The position numbers and the translations under genes were made by a program. The notes under the pieces are model-generated. The model saw only the letters and a list, made by a program, of their open reading frames with translations, did not search any database and was not told the origin of the DNA. DNA of 64,000 bases from Lama guanicoe (taxonomy: Eukaryota). The stretch covers positions 1,567,236 through 1,631,235 of the forward strand of contig MU053472.1 in assembly GCA_013239625.1 (NCBI GenBank). The letters run 5' to 3'. This document shows positions 1-12,074 of the stretch, piece after piece. How positions within the stretch are numbered: position 1 is the first letter of the stretch; every line of letters begins with the position of its first letter.

Positions 1-2
1 AC

Positions 3-400
3 ATGAGCGAAGAGTATTATAAAAAGCTGAGCGGCAAAATGACGTGTCACGTGCTTTTGTGCCAGCCTGCAGGAAGGCACACAAGAAGCAACACTCAGAT
101 GTTTCCATCAGCTTAACAGAATATTCTCAAACGCTTAGTAAAGAGCACTATGTCTGCTAAGAAGAAAGGAAAACTTGAAGACATAGCAAAAGTATGCAAG
201 CCGCGTTGTGAAAGTCTCGTTTCCCCCTGAAGGGGGAAGAAAAGAAGTTTAAGAATCCCGGTACACTGAAAGGCCCCTATAACCTCGTCTTTTGCTGCAT
301 ATCAGCCAGAAATCAAAGGAGAGCATCTTGCAAATGTTGCAGAGGAATTGGGAGAATGTTGACGGACACAGGTGATAAACAGCTTTATAATAAATCTGCT
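3..400 (+). pseudogene. HMGB1: Highly decayed HMGB1-type processed pseudogene (HMG box A and part of box B)
   Basis: Intronless colinear remnants: MSEEYYKKLSGKM from ATG at 3 (cf. MGKGDPKKPRGKM), MSAKKKGKLEDIAK at 150-191 (cf. MSAKEKGKFEDMAK), KKFKNP near 243 and PEIKGEHL near 307 (cf. KKFKDP, PKIKGEHP). Many indels, no long ORF. The 5' UTR part may lie left of the window. Confidence 0.78.
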
Positions 401-446
401 GGATGGGAGATTCGGAAATGTATTATTGCTTTACCAGATTAAGGGA

Positions 447-728
447 GAGTCTGATATAGCGGTCCTAAATGCAACATGGTGTCCTGGATTGGGGTCCAGG
501 GGCGGAGAAAGGGCATCAGTGGAAAGACTGGTGAAATCCAAAGTCTGGGGCTTAGCTGATAGAAATGCCCCAGTGTTGGTTTCGCAGTTTTGACAAATGT
601 ACCATGGTAACATAAGATTTGGTTAGATTAGTTAACATTAGGGGAAACTGGCTGAGGGGTATATGAGAACTCCTTGTCCTGTGTTTAATAATCTAGTTAT
701 TCCCAAATAAAAAGTTTATTTTTAAAAA
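447..728 (+). mobile_element. Old L1 (L1MC/L1MD-like) 3' UTR fragment
   Basis: ttttgacaaatgtaccatggtaac...ttaacattaggggaaactggctgaggggtatatgagaactc...aaataaaaagttt, typical ancient L1 3' end. Confidence 0.65.
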
Positions 729-1085
729 GGAGAGTTTTCAAGGATGAAAAGAGCAGGACCAAAGAAGAATGTGAGGATGAGGTAGTAGGAGGTAAAGTTG
801 ATGAATTAGGTTCTAGTGTAGGTTTTCCTTTTCTCCAAAGGAATTAACTGCCCTATACACACCTCGAGTTTTTTTTTTTTAAAGATGATTGAAATCATAA
901 GGATGTATAAGATAACTTTTCTTTTTGTATAATAAACCTACTATTAAAGTAACCCCGTCTTTTAGTAATATTTTCAATTGCCATTAACCTTGTGTTGCAC
1001 AAGAAAAGGGCTGTAAACTGACATGGAAATATAAAGCAGGTCACATAGAACACATGTTATTTATGGAATGGTGGTTTTTGTATGC

Positions 1086-1225
1086 TTTTTTTTTTCAACC
1101 TTTTTTTTTTTTAATGGGGATAGGATTAGGTTTATTTATTTATTTTAAGCGGAGGTACTGGGGATTGAACCCAGGACCTCATGCTTGCTAAACGTGCCCT
1201 CTGCCACTGAGCTACACCCTCCCCC
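1086..1225 (-). mobile_element. tRNA-derived SINE, camelid Vic-1-like
   Basis: Reverse complement gives ggggagggtgtagctcagtggcagag...gtcctgggttcaatccccagtacctcc (A and B boxes) plus an A-rich tail. Confidence 0.85.
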
Positions 1226-2046
1226 TACAACAAACAGTTTTTTAAGACAAGTATGTTACTTGCAGTAGTTTTAGCCAGCCATCCTGAGCCACTCAAACAC
1301 ATAGGTTCCTTCAGCAAATCCTTCATCAGCTTTTGCTACAGCTTATAGTAAAGAATTGTCCTGTGAACTGACTATCACCGTATAACTGAAAGTGTTGCAG
1401 CTCTTTTGTTGACATTCTGAGTACTTGTAAGTATATACAATCTAGAAATTCTAGAAAATTTTAAATAAAAACATTTGCTTTGTAGCGAGATGGCTCCCTT
1501 TGAATACTGATAGGTACCGTTGATATGTTTCCTATGACTTCGTGGCAGTTTATGCTTATCTTAGTGACCCTTGCAGGCTTGCAAGGTTGTGTCTAGAGGC
1601 TGGATAAGAGACTGAAAAAGTAATACTTTTTTTTCCCCACCTCTCAACTCTGGCTTGTGTCTTCCACCTGAAACTGGTGGTTAGCAGAATAATACTCTTG
1701 AAAATTCTAGCTAGAGTGTAATTGCCTGATCAGAAATACCTGGGAGCTAAATATGTGTGGTAGTTTGGTTTACTTCTTAAGCTTCGTTTGTTGACCAGTA
1801 TAGGAGGTAATTTAGTCTTTTGAGTGTCTTTGAATTACTGTGATGCTGTAAACTGTGATCATTGTGTTTGGATTAGGTGAAAACCCCTTTTTGACCAAGA
1901 TTATCAAGACTCCTGGATTACTTTCTTTGGGAGTGAAAATATTACAAAATGTGCTAGTTCTCAAGATGTAGGATTGGTGAGGTTGGAGGGGGATAGGGTT
2001 GGCGTTATTTAAATTACTCTTTGTTTTGAACATCAGTAAAATTTGA

Positions 2047-2181
<135 letters not shown>

Positions 2182-2539
2182 TAAACATTTGAATTAAATG
2201 GTTGTTTGAGGTTGACCTGATTCCAAAAAGAAAACTCTTACATTAGTCAGATTACTTTCTCTTACAGTGACTTCTTAGTTTTCAAAATGAGTTTATTTTT
2301 AATTGAAAAAGTAACATATTCAACTACAGAAACTTCATTAGAACTAATACTGTATTGGACAAGTCTTAGAGTCACTGTAGCATATCGTGCCTAGCCTTAA
2401 ACTTCAAGTCCAAGTGAGATAACAATTTCTTAGAAAAGGTTTTATTAATTCAGGTTTGGACGTTTGTATAGGATGTATAACTGCAAAACAATCACCAGTG
2501 TTGAACTTTTTAGATTTTAAAATTATTTTTCTGAATTTA

Positions 2540-3014
2540 CGCCAGTCCAAGGCCTGCTGGCTCTCGCATACCATCCATTTATCTCATTGTTCCTTCCTGC
2601 TGCCTCTTGCAAGGGGACTGCTCCTTGTCTGTTTCCCAGGCTGCCATGTCAGTTGCCTTCTGGCTTAGTTTGGGAGGCGCTGGTGGGAAATTGAAAGGGA
2701 AGATGGGAGAAAAGGAAGAGTATTATGCTCTCTTCCTCTCTCTGTCCGCAGCTGCATTTCCTTTGTGGTCCTAACTTCCCCTGGGCAGCTCCAATTTGTG
2801 CCAGGTGACCGCAGCACCCTGCCCTTCTCCCTGTCTCCCTAGCCCAGGGGTAGTAATGGCTTCCTGCCATTTGCTAATCCAATAGGTTGCCTCACGTTTC
2901 CTGTTTTGGCTTCTTAGCTATTTTGTCATATGTGTGACCAGTTGTCTGTATTAAATTCCCAATTATGAATACACTGAGTGGTTTTCGTTGCCTAGTTGGG
3001 CCTTGACTGATACC
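2540..3014 (+). mobile_element. ERVL solo LTR, LTR33-like
   Basis: gtaatggcttcctgccatttgctaatcc...ttgcctcac...tgtattaaattccc...ccttgactgatac resembles the LTR33 3' half; left boundary approximate. Confidence 0.6.
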
Positions 3015-3979
3015 ATCCTCTTCAGTCTTTTTCTCCTCCAAGACTTTTAAAATATGATACCATGTTTCCTTTAAAAGCTACTGTTCAGGATGAGAGAGTG
3101 TAAGTATCACTTCTGCAAACTGGTTTCTTTTGAATTTTTGATTCTCTGTCTGCTGGTTCGTTCAAAGGACAACTTGTTGGGCCTTCTTTGTGGAGAGTAA
3201 AATGTTCACTTGTGGTGATTATTTATGGTACATAAACCTTTCCGGCACTATTTCTCTTTGAAAGCTTATTTAAAATTTTCTTTTTACAACTGTTCACATT
3301 TCTTTGTTTACTAGCATTATTCTTCTGCCTTTCCTTTCTTCCTTTTCCTTCTTTATAAGCATGTAAGTGTTCGTCACCTTTTGTTTTCTATCAGGTTCCT
3401 CCTGAATTCAGACTCTTTTCCTCCTGGAAATATATCTGATTTGTGGATGTCAGAAGATATTAGAGGAGTTTCTCGATTTAATAACAAAGAAAATGTGGTC
3501 GTGGTCTTGAAAATATTTAGCCGGATAGTAGCAAAACTTGCTGTACAACATATGCATAATGCTAAAAATGATTAATTTTTAAAAGTTTCATGTTGGCAGT
3601 AAAAAATGATTTAAAACCATACAATTAGCTTTTAAAAATGTCATCAAAACAATCTTTAGGCAAGGTTTTTGTGTTTTTGTTTTAAACAGCAAATAAGCAT
3701 TTGTTCTATGAAGTTTTTGCTTTCTTGCAGTAGGATGCATCTGGGAATGTAGATGGATGTTGCTTACTTGGTACTATGTATTCCACTGAATTTATCATGG
3801 TTGTTCCTAACTTAGTATTTCATATCCCAGTTGACTTATTAAACTTTCAAATTTATATGTCTTCCTCTTAAATACTTAGCACACTCACATGTCCTTTGGT
3901 CTCTCCATATCATATTGATTTTGTATGAAATTTTGTTTTGTGTTTTTATGGCTATGCTTTTTATTATCTTTGGTCCAAG

Positions 3980-4021
3980 GAGAGAGAGGGAGAGAGAGAG
4001 AGAGTGTGTGTGTGTGTGTGT
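3980..4021. repeat. Compound (GA)n(GT)n microsatellite
   Basis: Read directly. Confidence 0.95.
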
Positions 4022-5276
4022 ACTTTTGTGTGTTTTAAGGCAGTAGTAAATACTACCAAAAAATTTGATCCCCCTTACCTTCCTGGTCTCTTACAGCATT
4101 TTTAAAATTTATGTTTTTTTCTTCAAGAATGTTTGTTTATGGCAAACCTTCTGAGATACTTACAATTGAAGGAAAATTTGGCTTTGGGAAAGAAAAAGTA
4201 GGGTCCACAGGCTGCAAGTCCATCCTCTCCCTGAAGAAGACTAACAAGGACTAACTTCTCCATCGCACTGGGGATTCCGGATCAGCCAGCCTGCCCTTCC
4301 CTGGCTGTGCCTGCTGCATCTGGGATGCATTGCCTTGTTCGTTGCCTTTTGTCTTTAATGGTACCCTAAGGGGGATCATGGAGGGGACTCTCCTGACTGC
4401 AGGTATGCTAGTCTAGCAGCCTGTTTCTCTGTAGAGCAGTTGTGGATACCCCGGGATTGTATTAGGTACTGAGGCTTCTCTTTGCCAGACTTGGAGTTTT
4501 TCTGGCAAAACAATGTAGAAGTCTTTTAGCTGTTGATAGATTCAAGTTATTTTTACAATATTAATGAAACTGTATTAGCTGTTAATAGAACTTGCAGTGT
4601 TTGAACTGAACTCTGCCCTGGTGACTGCTTTCTGTTTTTCCCAGCAGGCCTGGGAGCTCTGCCTTTCTGCTTAAGGTGCCAGTTGGCCCCCTTACCTCCA
4701 GGCTGCAGCTCATTTGATTATGGGCTTATCATGGTTGGGAGTGGAGTGGGTAATAATGGACGAGAGATACTTCTGAGGACCCTGGGTTAGTGGGGTTCTT
4801 CAGTCCTGGACCCTTGTAGGTCTCTCCATTCCTTTTCAACGTACTAACTTCGCTTTGGTGTCAGGTAGAGACTGCTACTTTTGGAGCTCATTAGAAGGTG
4901 GGATTAAGGCCCTGTGTATCATGATCATTGTTCTGTTTCTGCTTTCAGGCAGTCTGCTTTATACCTAAGATTGTTTTTCTTGAGGCACTGTATTGGAAAA
5001 AGGTGTAATAAGTAGCCAGAGTAGTTTAATATCCTGACTTTCTTGTGTGTGTCAGATTCCCTAAATGTGAGCACATAGTTTGAGTCCCCAGACACATCAG
5101 GTTAACCAGCTGGTTTGCTGTCAGCACTCTTTGGAAATTCTTACCAACCTCTAGCCCATCCTGACTTGGTCAGTTCTAATGTCAATGTCTAGTACTACAT
5201 ACTTAGGTATCAATTTTTTGTATTGAACAGGATTTTCTTTTTTCAGTTGCAAGTGATTGACATAAGGGAATCTTAA

Positions 5277-5875
5277 AGTTTTAATTGTGGTAAAATGCAC
5301 TTAGCATAAAATTTGCCATCTTAACCATTTTTAAGTGTACAGTTGGGCAGTGCTAATAAGTACATTCACATTGTCATGCAGCCAGTCTCCAGAACTCTTA
5401 GGAAACTGAAACTTTGTCCCCATTAAGTAACAACTGTATGTCCTCTCCTTCCCACCAGCTTCTGGCAGCCACCACTCTACTTTTATGTCTCCATGACTTT
5501 GAGGTACTTAAGATACCTCATACGTGGTATCATACAGTATTTGTCTTTATATGACTGTCTTATCTCACTTAGTGTAATGTCCTCAAGTTCTGTTCATATT
5601 GTAGCATGTGTCAGAATTTCCTCCCTTTTTAAGGCTGTATGATGTTCCCTTGTATGTACCGACCACAGTTTGTTTATCTCTTCATCGATGGTCATTTGGG
5701 TTGCTTCCACCTTTTGGCTCTACGAATGATGCTGCTCTTAACACGTATGTACAGATACCTCTTTGAGTCCCTGCTTTCGGTTCTTTTTGGGTAGTACCCA
5801 TAAATGGGATTGTTGGCTCATATGGTAATTGTGTTTTTAATTTTTTGGGGAACCGCCATATGGTTTTCCATAGGA
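5277..5875 (-). mobile_element. L1 (L1MB-like) 3' end
   Basis: ttaattgtggtaaaatgcac...ttaaccatttttaagtgtacag; ORF track 5682..5954 contains an ORF2p C-terminal remnant (LWKTIWRFPKKLKTQLPYEPTIP). Confidence 0.85.
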
Positions 5876-7559
5876 GAGTTTTTTCTTTTTTAAACCTACT
5901 CAGGTCTGGGAAAGATGGAGGGCTTGATACCTCTAGCCTTTCCCTTCTCGTCACTACTTCTCTCTGAGTGCTTGCTTCTCTTCTTTGGCTCTGTTGAGGT
6001 TGGAGTAGTGATTGCTCATGGCTCTCTGTTCATACCATTATGATCAAAGAGGAGAAAGTGTTCATGGGGTGATCCAGAGCGCTCAGTCTGGATTACTGTC
6101 CAGTTATTGGAAGAGTTGCAGTGGCCCAGGATGTAGTTCTGGAACTTGCTCAGCTGGGCATGTGCCTGTCCCTGTGCTTGATGGGTGGGTCAGGTCAGTT
6201 ACCAGAAAAGGGGGAAGCATAGAGTAGGATGTGTGTGAGGTGTGCAGAGATAATAGCTACTGTGGACCCCTGTTGCTCTGCTGTGCCTGGGTCCCCATTT
6301 CAGCTGCCTTCTAGACACCTTCACTTAGATGTCCCACAAATGCCTCAAATCTTAATCCTTTTCCACATAATTCTGTCCCCTCAAAAGCTGTGCTTCAACC
6401 CCACTTGCCTCTCAGGTCATTAAAGGCACAGAACTTTTCATGTCTTACGATCTTTGCACAAGGGGCTGTCTGACTGAAATGTCCTTTTTTGCCTTAATCT
6501 TTGTTTACCTATTAGCATCTCCTAAAAATGACTTTCCAGTTTTTAGACTGGGTATTGGCAGTCTGTTGCTGCTATCAGTATGCATGGGGAATACAGAAGA
6601 AGCTGGTTTGGGAGAAAAGACTTAATTTCACTTTATACTTGGATTTTTGAGGTGAGCAGAAAAACCAGTATTCTCTTCTCCCCCTCCCAAATGCAGACAT
6701 TTCTTCTAAGGAAGGAGAGTGTACTGTGTGCAGTACTGTGGGAGGTTCACAGATAGGTGAAGATGGACAAATGTTTGAAGGGTGAATCAAAGGAGAACAT
6801 TGCAGTTACCTAAGGCCACAAAGGAACGCTGGATGTGTCTATAGGAGAAACTGTAAAGTCCCCATTTAGGGGTGAAATAAGAAAAAAGAAACCAGTAAGG
6901 AAGACCAAGGGCAGTTTATGGATAGAATTGCCAGTGGTGGTGTGACAGAAGGTATAAAGTCAAAGAATAAGGATTACTTAAAGCTACAACAGCTCTGAAG
7001 AATAAGCTAAAACGTTTACAAAATTGTATTCAAAAGTAATCAAGACTGCTGTACCACCATCCAGAGAAAGAAAAACAGTACAAGTGACTAAGCAGAATCT
7101 AAAATAAGAGATTTTCTCCATGTAATGACCTCGGAGTTTTATATGTGGCATTTGAGCCCTCCTAGAAGTGACAGCATGTGATCAAGGTGGTAGCTGTAGG
7201 AGGAAGGTGACTGGATTGAGTATCAAGAGTCCTGAGATCTCTCTTCAGCTTGGAGTAAATTAAACCCAACTCGTCAGTAAAAAGATGGAACTGGCTCCTC
7301 TCTGCATACGACACAGAGTTGCTCGGTGTCAGATTAGGTGATGGACACCCAAAGCACATGGGAGATTGTAAAAGAGCATTTAAATGTTAGCTGTAAAGAG
7401 AATTAATTATGCTTGAGAAAAATAAATATATGCTTCTGAATTTTGCTGGATATAGAATCATTTGCTATTTTATGCTAGTGATGAATTCCTGTCACAGGAA
7501 AATCAGCATTAAAAATACTGATTATAAGCTGTGTTCAGATTCTGATCTTTATATTTGAG

Positions 7560-8370
7560 CAACAGGAACTCACTAATGTAGACGATGGAGGTGAGGAGGT
7601 CTGTCACTACTTGTATTTTAAAAAGAGTACGCTGACTGTAGTATGGAGTTTGGTGGGCAGTGGTGAGGGCAGGAAGCCATTTATGCCTTTGGAGTAGATG
7701 CTGTAGAAAAGAGTGGTGGTGATGTAAGAAGATTGGTCACAGATTTATTGCTAGAGGGAAGAAAGAAGGCGGTTCCTGATTTTGCTCTCTGGTGAGAGAA
7801 TCATGTTGTTCACCAAAATAGGGAGCCCTGGAAGTTCAGGCCTGGGGAGATGATCTTGATCTTTGGTGAAATCTGATCTGTTGAGACATCCAAAAACCCA
7901 TGTAAGGGGAAGTCACTAGCAGATACTAACTGAAGCGGTGGTTGGAATGAGATCACTTGGGGAGGGTATGCTGTGAGAAGAAAAGGGAGTTTAGGAATTA
8001 GCTTTAAGCAACTCTAATATTTAAAGAGTAGCTAGAAAAGGATGAGCCAGCAGAGGAAATGGTCAGGGAGAAACTAGAGAGCGAGGAGGAAAACTAGGAG
8101 ACGGTTTTGTCTGGAAAATCAAGGGGAAATATTTTAAGGAGAAAGCATTGGTTATAGCTATTGAATAGTCTTAATAAGATGTGCTTGGAAAACGTGTATT
8201 AGATTCAACAACTTGGATGTTATTGGTGACCATAGCAAAAGTCACTTGGGAGGAGTGTTGGGGCAGAAACCATTCTGAAATGGATCTGGGGTGAATGAGA
8301 GATTAAAAAAATAGATGACATTTATAAACAAGTCAGTCAATGACTTTAGCTTCTAGAAGGAGAGGAAATG
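7560..8370 (-). mobile_element. Degenerate L2 fragment
   Basis: Purine-rich L2 antisense motifs (ttgagacatccaa, gaatgagatcacttggggag, ttattggtgacc); boundaries approximate. Confidence 0.55.
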
Positions 8371-8419
8371 CTGAAGTCAAAGGGAGAAGGATATTATTGC
8401 TTTGATTTATGATTTAAAA

Positions 8420-9420
8420 AAACTTGTGTAAATACATCAAGGTAAGTAACACAAATGTATGAATCAGTGAATGAATTTTTACGAATCCAACACTCAAGTA
8501 ACCATCTCTAGGGTAAGAAATAGAACATTGCTGTCTAATTACCTAGTGGTTTGGAATTTCATGTAAATAGAAAAATTCAGTGTGTAGGCTTTTTTATTTG
8601 TGTTCTTTTTCTCTTTATATCTGTGAGGTTCATCCATATTATGATGTTTGGTCGTAGTTCATTTTATTTCTGTGTTGAGTAATCTTCCATCGTATACCAC
8701 TTCCATCATATACCACTGTGCTTGTCCGCTCCTGGTGATGGACATTTGAATTGATTTCAGCTTTTGGATCAAATAATGCTGCTATGAATTTTCTAGTGTG
8801 TGTCTCTTGATATATATTTACGCCTCTAATGAGTATATACTGAGTGTGGAACTACTTGGTCAAAGGGCACTGTATCTTAATGTTGAGTATCTATTGTTCA
8901 GACTTCTCCACAGTGGTTTTACCGATTTACGTGTACCAACAGTAAACCAGCAGCCTCTTCTCTCCACATCCTGTCAACACGTGGTTTTGTTATTGTGGTT
9001 TTAATTAGCACTTCCTTGATTACAATGAGGTTGAGTCACTTTTCATGTTCACTGATAATTGCTTTATTTGAATATCCTCTTTCTGAAGTGATTTCATGTC
9101 TCTTGCCTTGTTTTTCTAATGACGTAACCTTTTCATACTGATTTTTGATTGTTACGTGTACTAGATGAATTCTTGCGGGGCTATGATTGTCTCCCACTTT
9201 GTGGCTTGGCTTTTCACCCTTCTGGTAAGGGTGGCTCATGATTAACTGAAGTTCTTCATTTTAGTGTAATAAATAATACAATAGAGTTTGCCAATCTTTT
9301 ATGCTAAGTGTTTTTTTTTGTGTGTCCTCTTATGAAGTTTTCCCCTGTACCGTGATCATAAACATTTCTACATTGTTCTCTAGTGTTTTATTAATTTTAC
9401 CTTTGGCATTTGTCACTTGG
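8420..9420 (-). mobile_element. Old L1 3' region
   Basis: ggtgatggacatttgaattg...aataatgctgctatgaa...ttttaattagcacttccttgattacaatgaggttgag; also a 16-bp tandem duplication at about 8685-8716. Confidence 0.7.
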
Positions 9421-9479
9421 TACTGATTTATTTGAAAAAATTTTGAAAGATAAGAGACACTTCATCATCTTTAAATGCT

Positions 9480-10262
9480 CACTGGAAATATCCAGTAGCG
9501 TGGAAGGAATTGAAAGTGGAAAGAAATGATTAGAAAAAAACTCCTGAGAGGGTTCGGGGTGGGGGTGGGGGTGGGGCAGATGAGATCCAGAGCAGAACGG
9601 AGGGATTTACATTAGACAGAAGGAAAAGACAACTGTTTGTAATACAGTGGAATGAGAAGAGGGTGGTACAGATGCACACAGGTCGTTGGCAACAGGAAGT
9701 TTCTAGTTTCCCTGTGAGTATGAGACACATTATCTGCTGAGTAGGGAGAGATCGGGTAGAGTCAGGGCTTGGAGAAAGTTTAAGAAAGTCTTTGAAGAAA
9801 TTGTAGAGTAAGTTCCAAAAACAGAGTAAATGTGTTGTGCAGTTCTGAGGGTCCAGTTGAGATTTGTGGATATTAAGTTATAGTGGTACCAATTGTGTCT
9901 CACGGTGTGCTTTTTCTGTAGTAGGACTTGGTAGCTGTGGAATGTACTAGGATAGTGGGTAGTTGGGTTAACCTAGATTGAAGTTTTGCTAGTTTGACAT
10001 CGTGCAAAGATCCCACCAGAAAAGAATAAGCGAACGTAGATTATTGACAGAAGTTACTGAGCTGATTGAGTGAAGACCGTAAGCTGGGAGGAGAGTAAAT
10101 GTAAGAGGGACCTGAAGAACTGGGAGAAGGCCTGGTTATTGAAGGTCCTAATGAAGTCAGAGAATGAATCATAATGCAGATAGTGAGCAAACTTGCTGGA
10201 AGGTAAGGTTGTGATCTGAGCGTAGAAGGGTTGATTAACGATTTTTGAAGTGTGACAGTTTT
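9480..10262 (-). mobile_element. Degenerate L2 fragment
   Basis: Purine-rich ancient LINE-like sequence; family call from recollection only. Confidence 0.4.
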
Positions 10263-10761
10263 GTGCGGTAATAATACTGATACAATACTGATTATGAAAC
10301 AAGTGCATTATTATTCACTGATGTGAATTAGAAACATACATATAATTCTTTTGTAGTGGGTCGTTTGCCCAGTGTGTTCAGATGTATCAGGATTCAATTC
10401 CTGTTTGTGAAGGAACATAAGTTTTCTCCCATTGCTAAATTTATACATGATAGAAATTCTAGATGATTATACTTCACATTTATATTTAATGAATTTTGGT
10501 AAAATACTTCATTTTCATTTATCATTTACAGATGGTTTTGTTCCTGATGCTAATATTCCCTTGTTCTCTAGTGAGAGTTTGATTTTTAAAACCTTGCTTG
10601 TGCTGATAATTGTAGGTACTGTTTTAAAAAAAATCCCCAAAACTACTAGTTTTGTAATTTCAGCTTCCCATTCACTTTCTTTTAAATGTCTTCCAATACT
10701 TCTGTATTTTTAATTGAAAAACAATTGTTACATCAGTAACATTAATTAAGTTTTCTTATAA

Positions 10762-10986
<225 letters not shown>

Positions 10987-12074
10987 TAAAATACTTCTCA
11001 GCATGCTAGCTGGCGATACTTTAAGATCTCATCTACTTATTTCACAAGCAGTTGCTAAGAGACTGGTATGTGCGCACCACTTTTCAAGGCCCAAGGAGTA
11101 ACGAGCGAGTGGGAGGTCAGAGAAGCTTTAAATGTTTTGTAAAGTGGACCAGGAATTGTGGGAATCATTTTACATAAAGATCTCATTTCTCATTATAGTA
11201 CCCCTATTAAGTAGATATTATTATTGTATTTTTCTGCATTTTACAGAAGAAGAGTAAACAGGCTTGCAAGAGGCTTTTTACAAAAAAAGTAATGATCATT
11301 TAAAAAAAGAATCATTGTTTTGAATCAGTTAGAACTTTCACATAGTACAAAAGTCAGGAGGTATAAACAGGTAAAAAACTCTACCACTCTTGTGCACCGT
11401 TTCCTTTGTCTTAAACAACCAGGATTTCTAGTTTCTTATGTATCCTTATAGCTATATTTTATGCAAATAAAAATGCATATACATATATTTCTCCCACCCT
11501 GCCCTTCCCTAACAGAAGGGAGCATATTGTACAACTCAGTCTGTACTTTGCTGTTTTTTACTTATAATGTCGATTTTCAGAGAGCTTCTCTATAGAATTT
11601 TATAGATGCGAACAATTCCATTATTTGGATTTTCCTTAATTTACATAACTTGTTTCCTGTTTTTGGAAATACTTGAAAGTCTCTCCTGTCTTTTTTTTTT
11701 TAAATATTAGAAATAATGATATAATACATGAACTTGAACAAAGATTATTTTATATCTGTATATCTGTGTAGGATAAATCCAAATTTTGAAAAATGTTTTA
11801 AATTGTCTCATATTGGTCCCTGTTTGCTTCTTAAATACTACATATTCTTTGGGATGACTAGAAATAAAATGTGCTAAAAGAGGAAGAGGCCTGGTAGGGT
11901 CACAGCTCAATGAAGCATGGTAGGAACTGCATACTTTGGCTTGTACTTATGTTCCGGTGTCTGGCACGGCCTGAAGGTTGGAGGTGGTAGTGGCTGGCAG
12001 AAGTTCTATCGTGTGGCTGTTTTGCAGTTGGAAGCTTGGGGCCAATAGAATTTTAATTTGTACCTTTTTAAATG

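Noticed and set aside
1441..1460. Palindrome tctagaa-a-ttctaga resembling a heat-shock element
   Set aside because: Spacing between GAA and TTC units is off, and short AT-rich palindromes are expected by chance
4201..6269. 10-bp inverted repeat gggtccacag / ctgtggaccc as transposon TIRs
   Set aside because: No TSD, no transposase remnant, and too short to exceed chance; the interval remains unclassified apart from the L1 at 5277-5875
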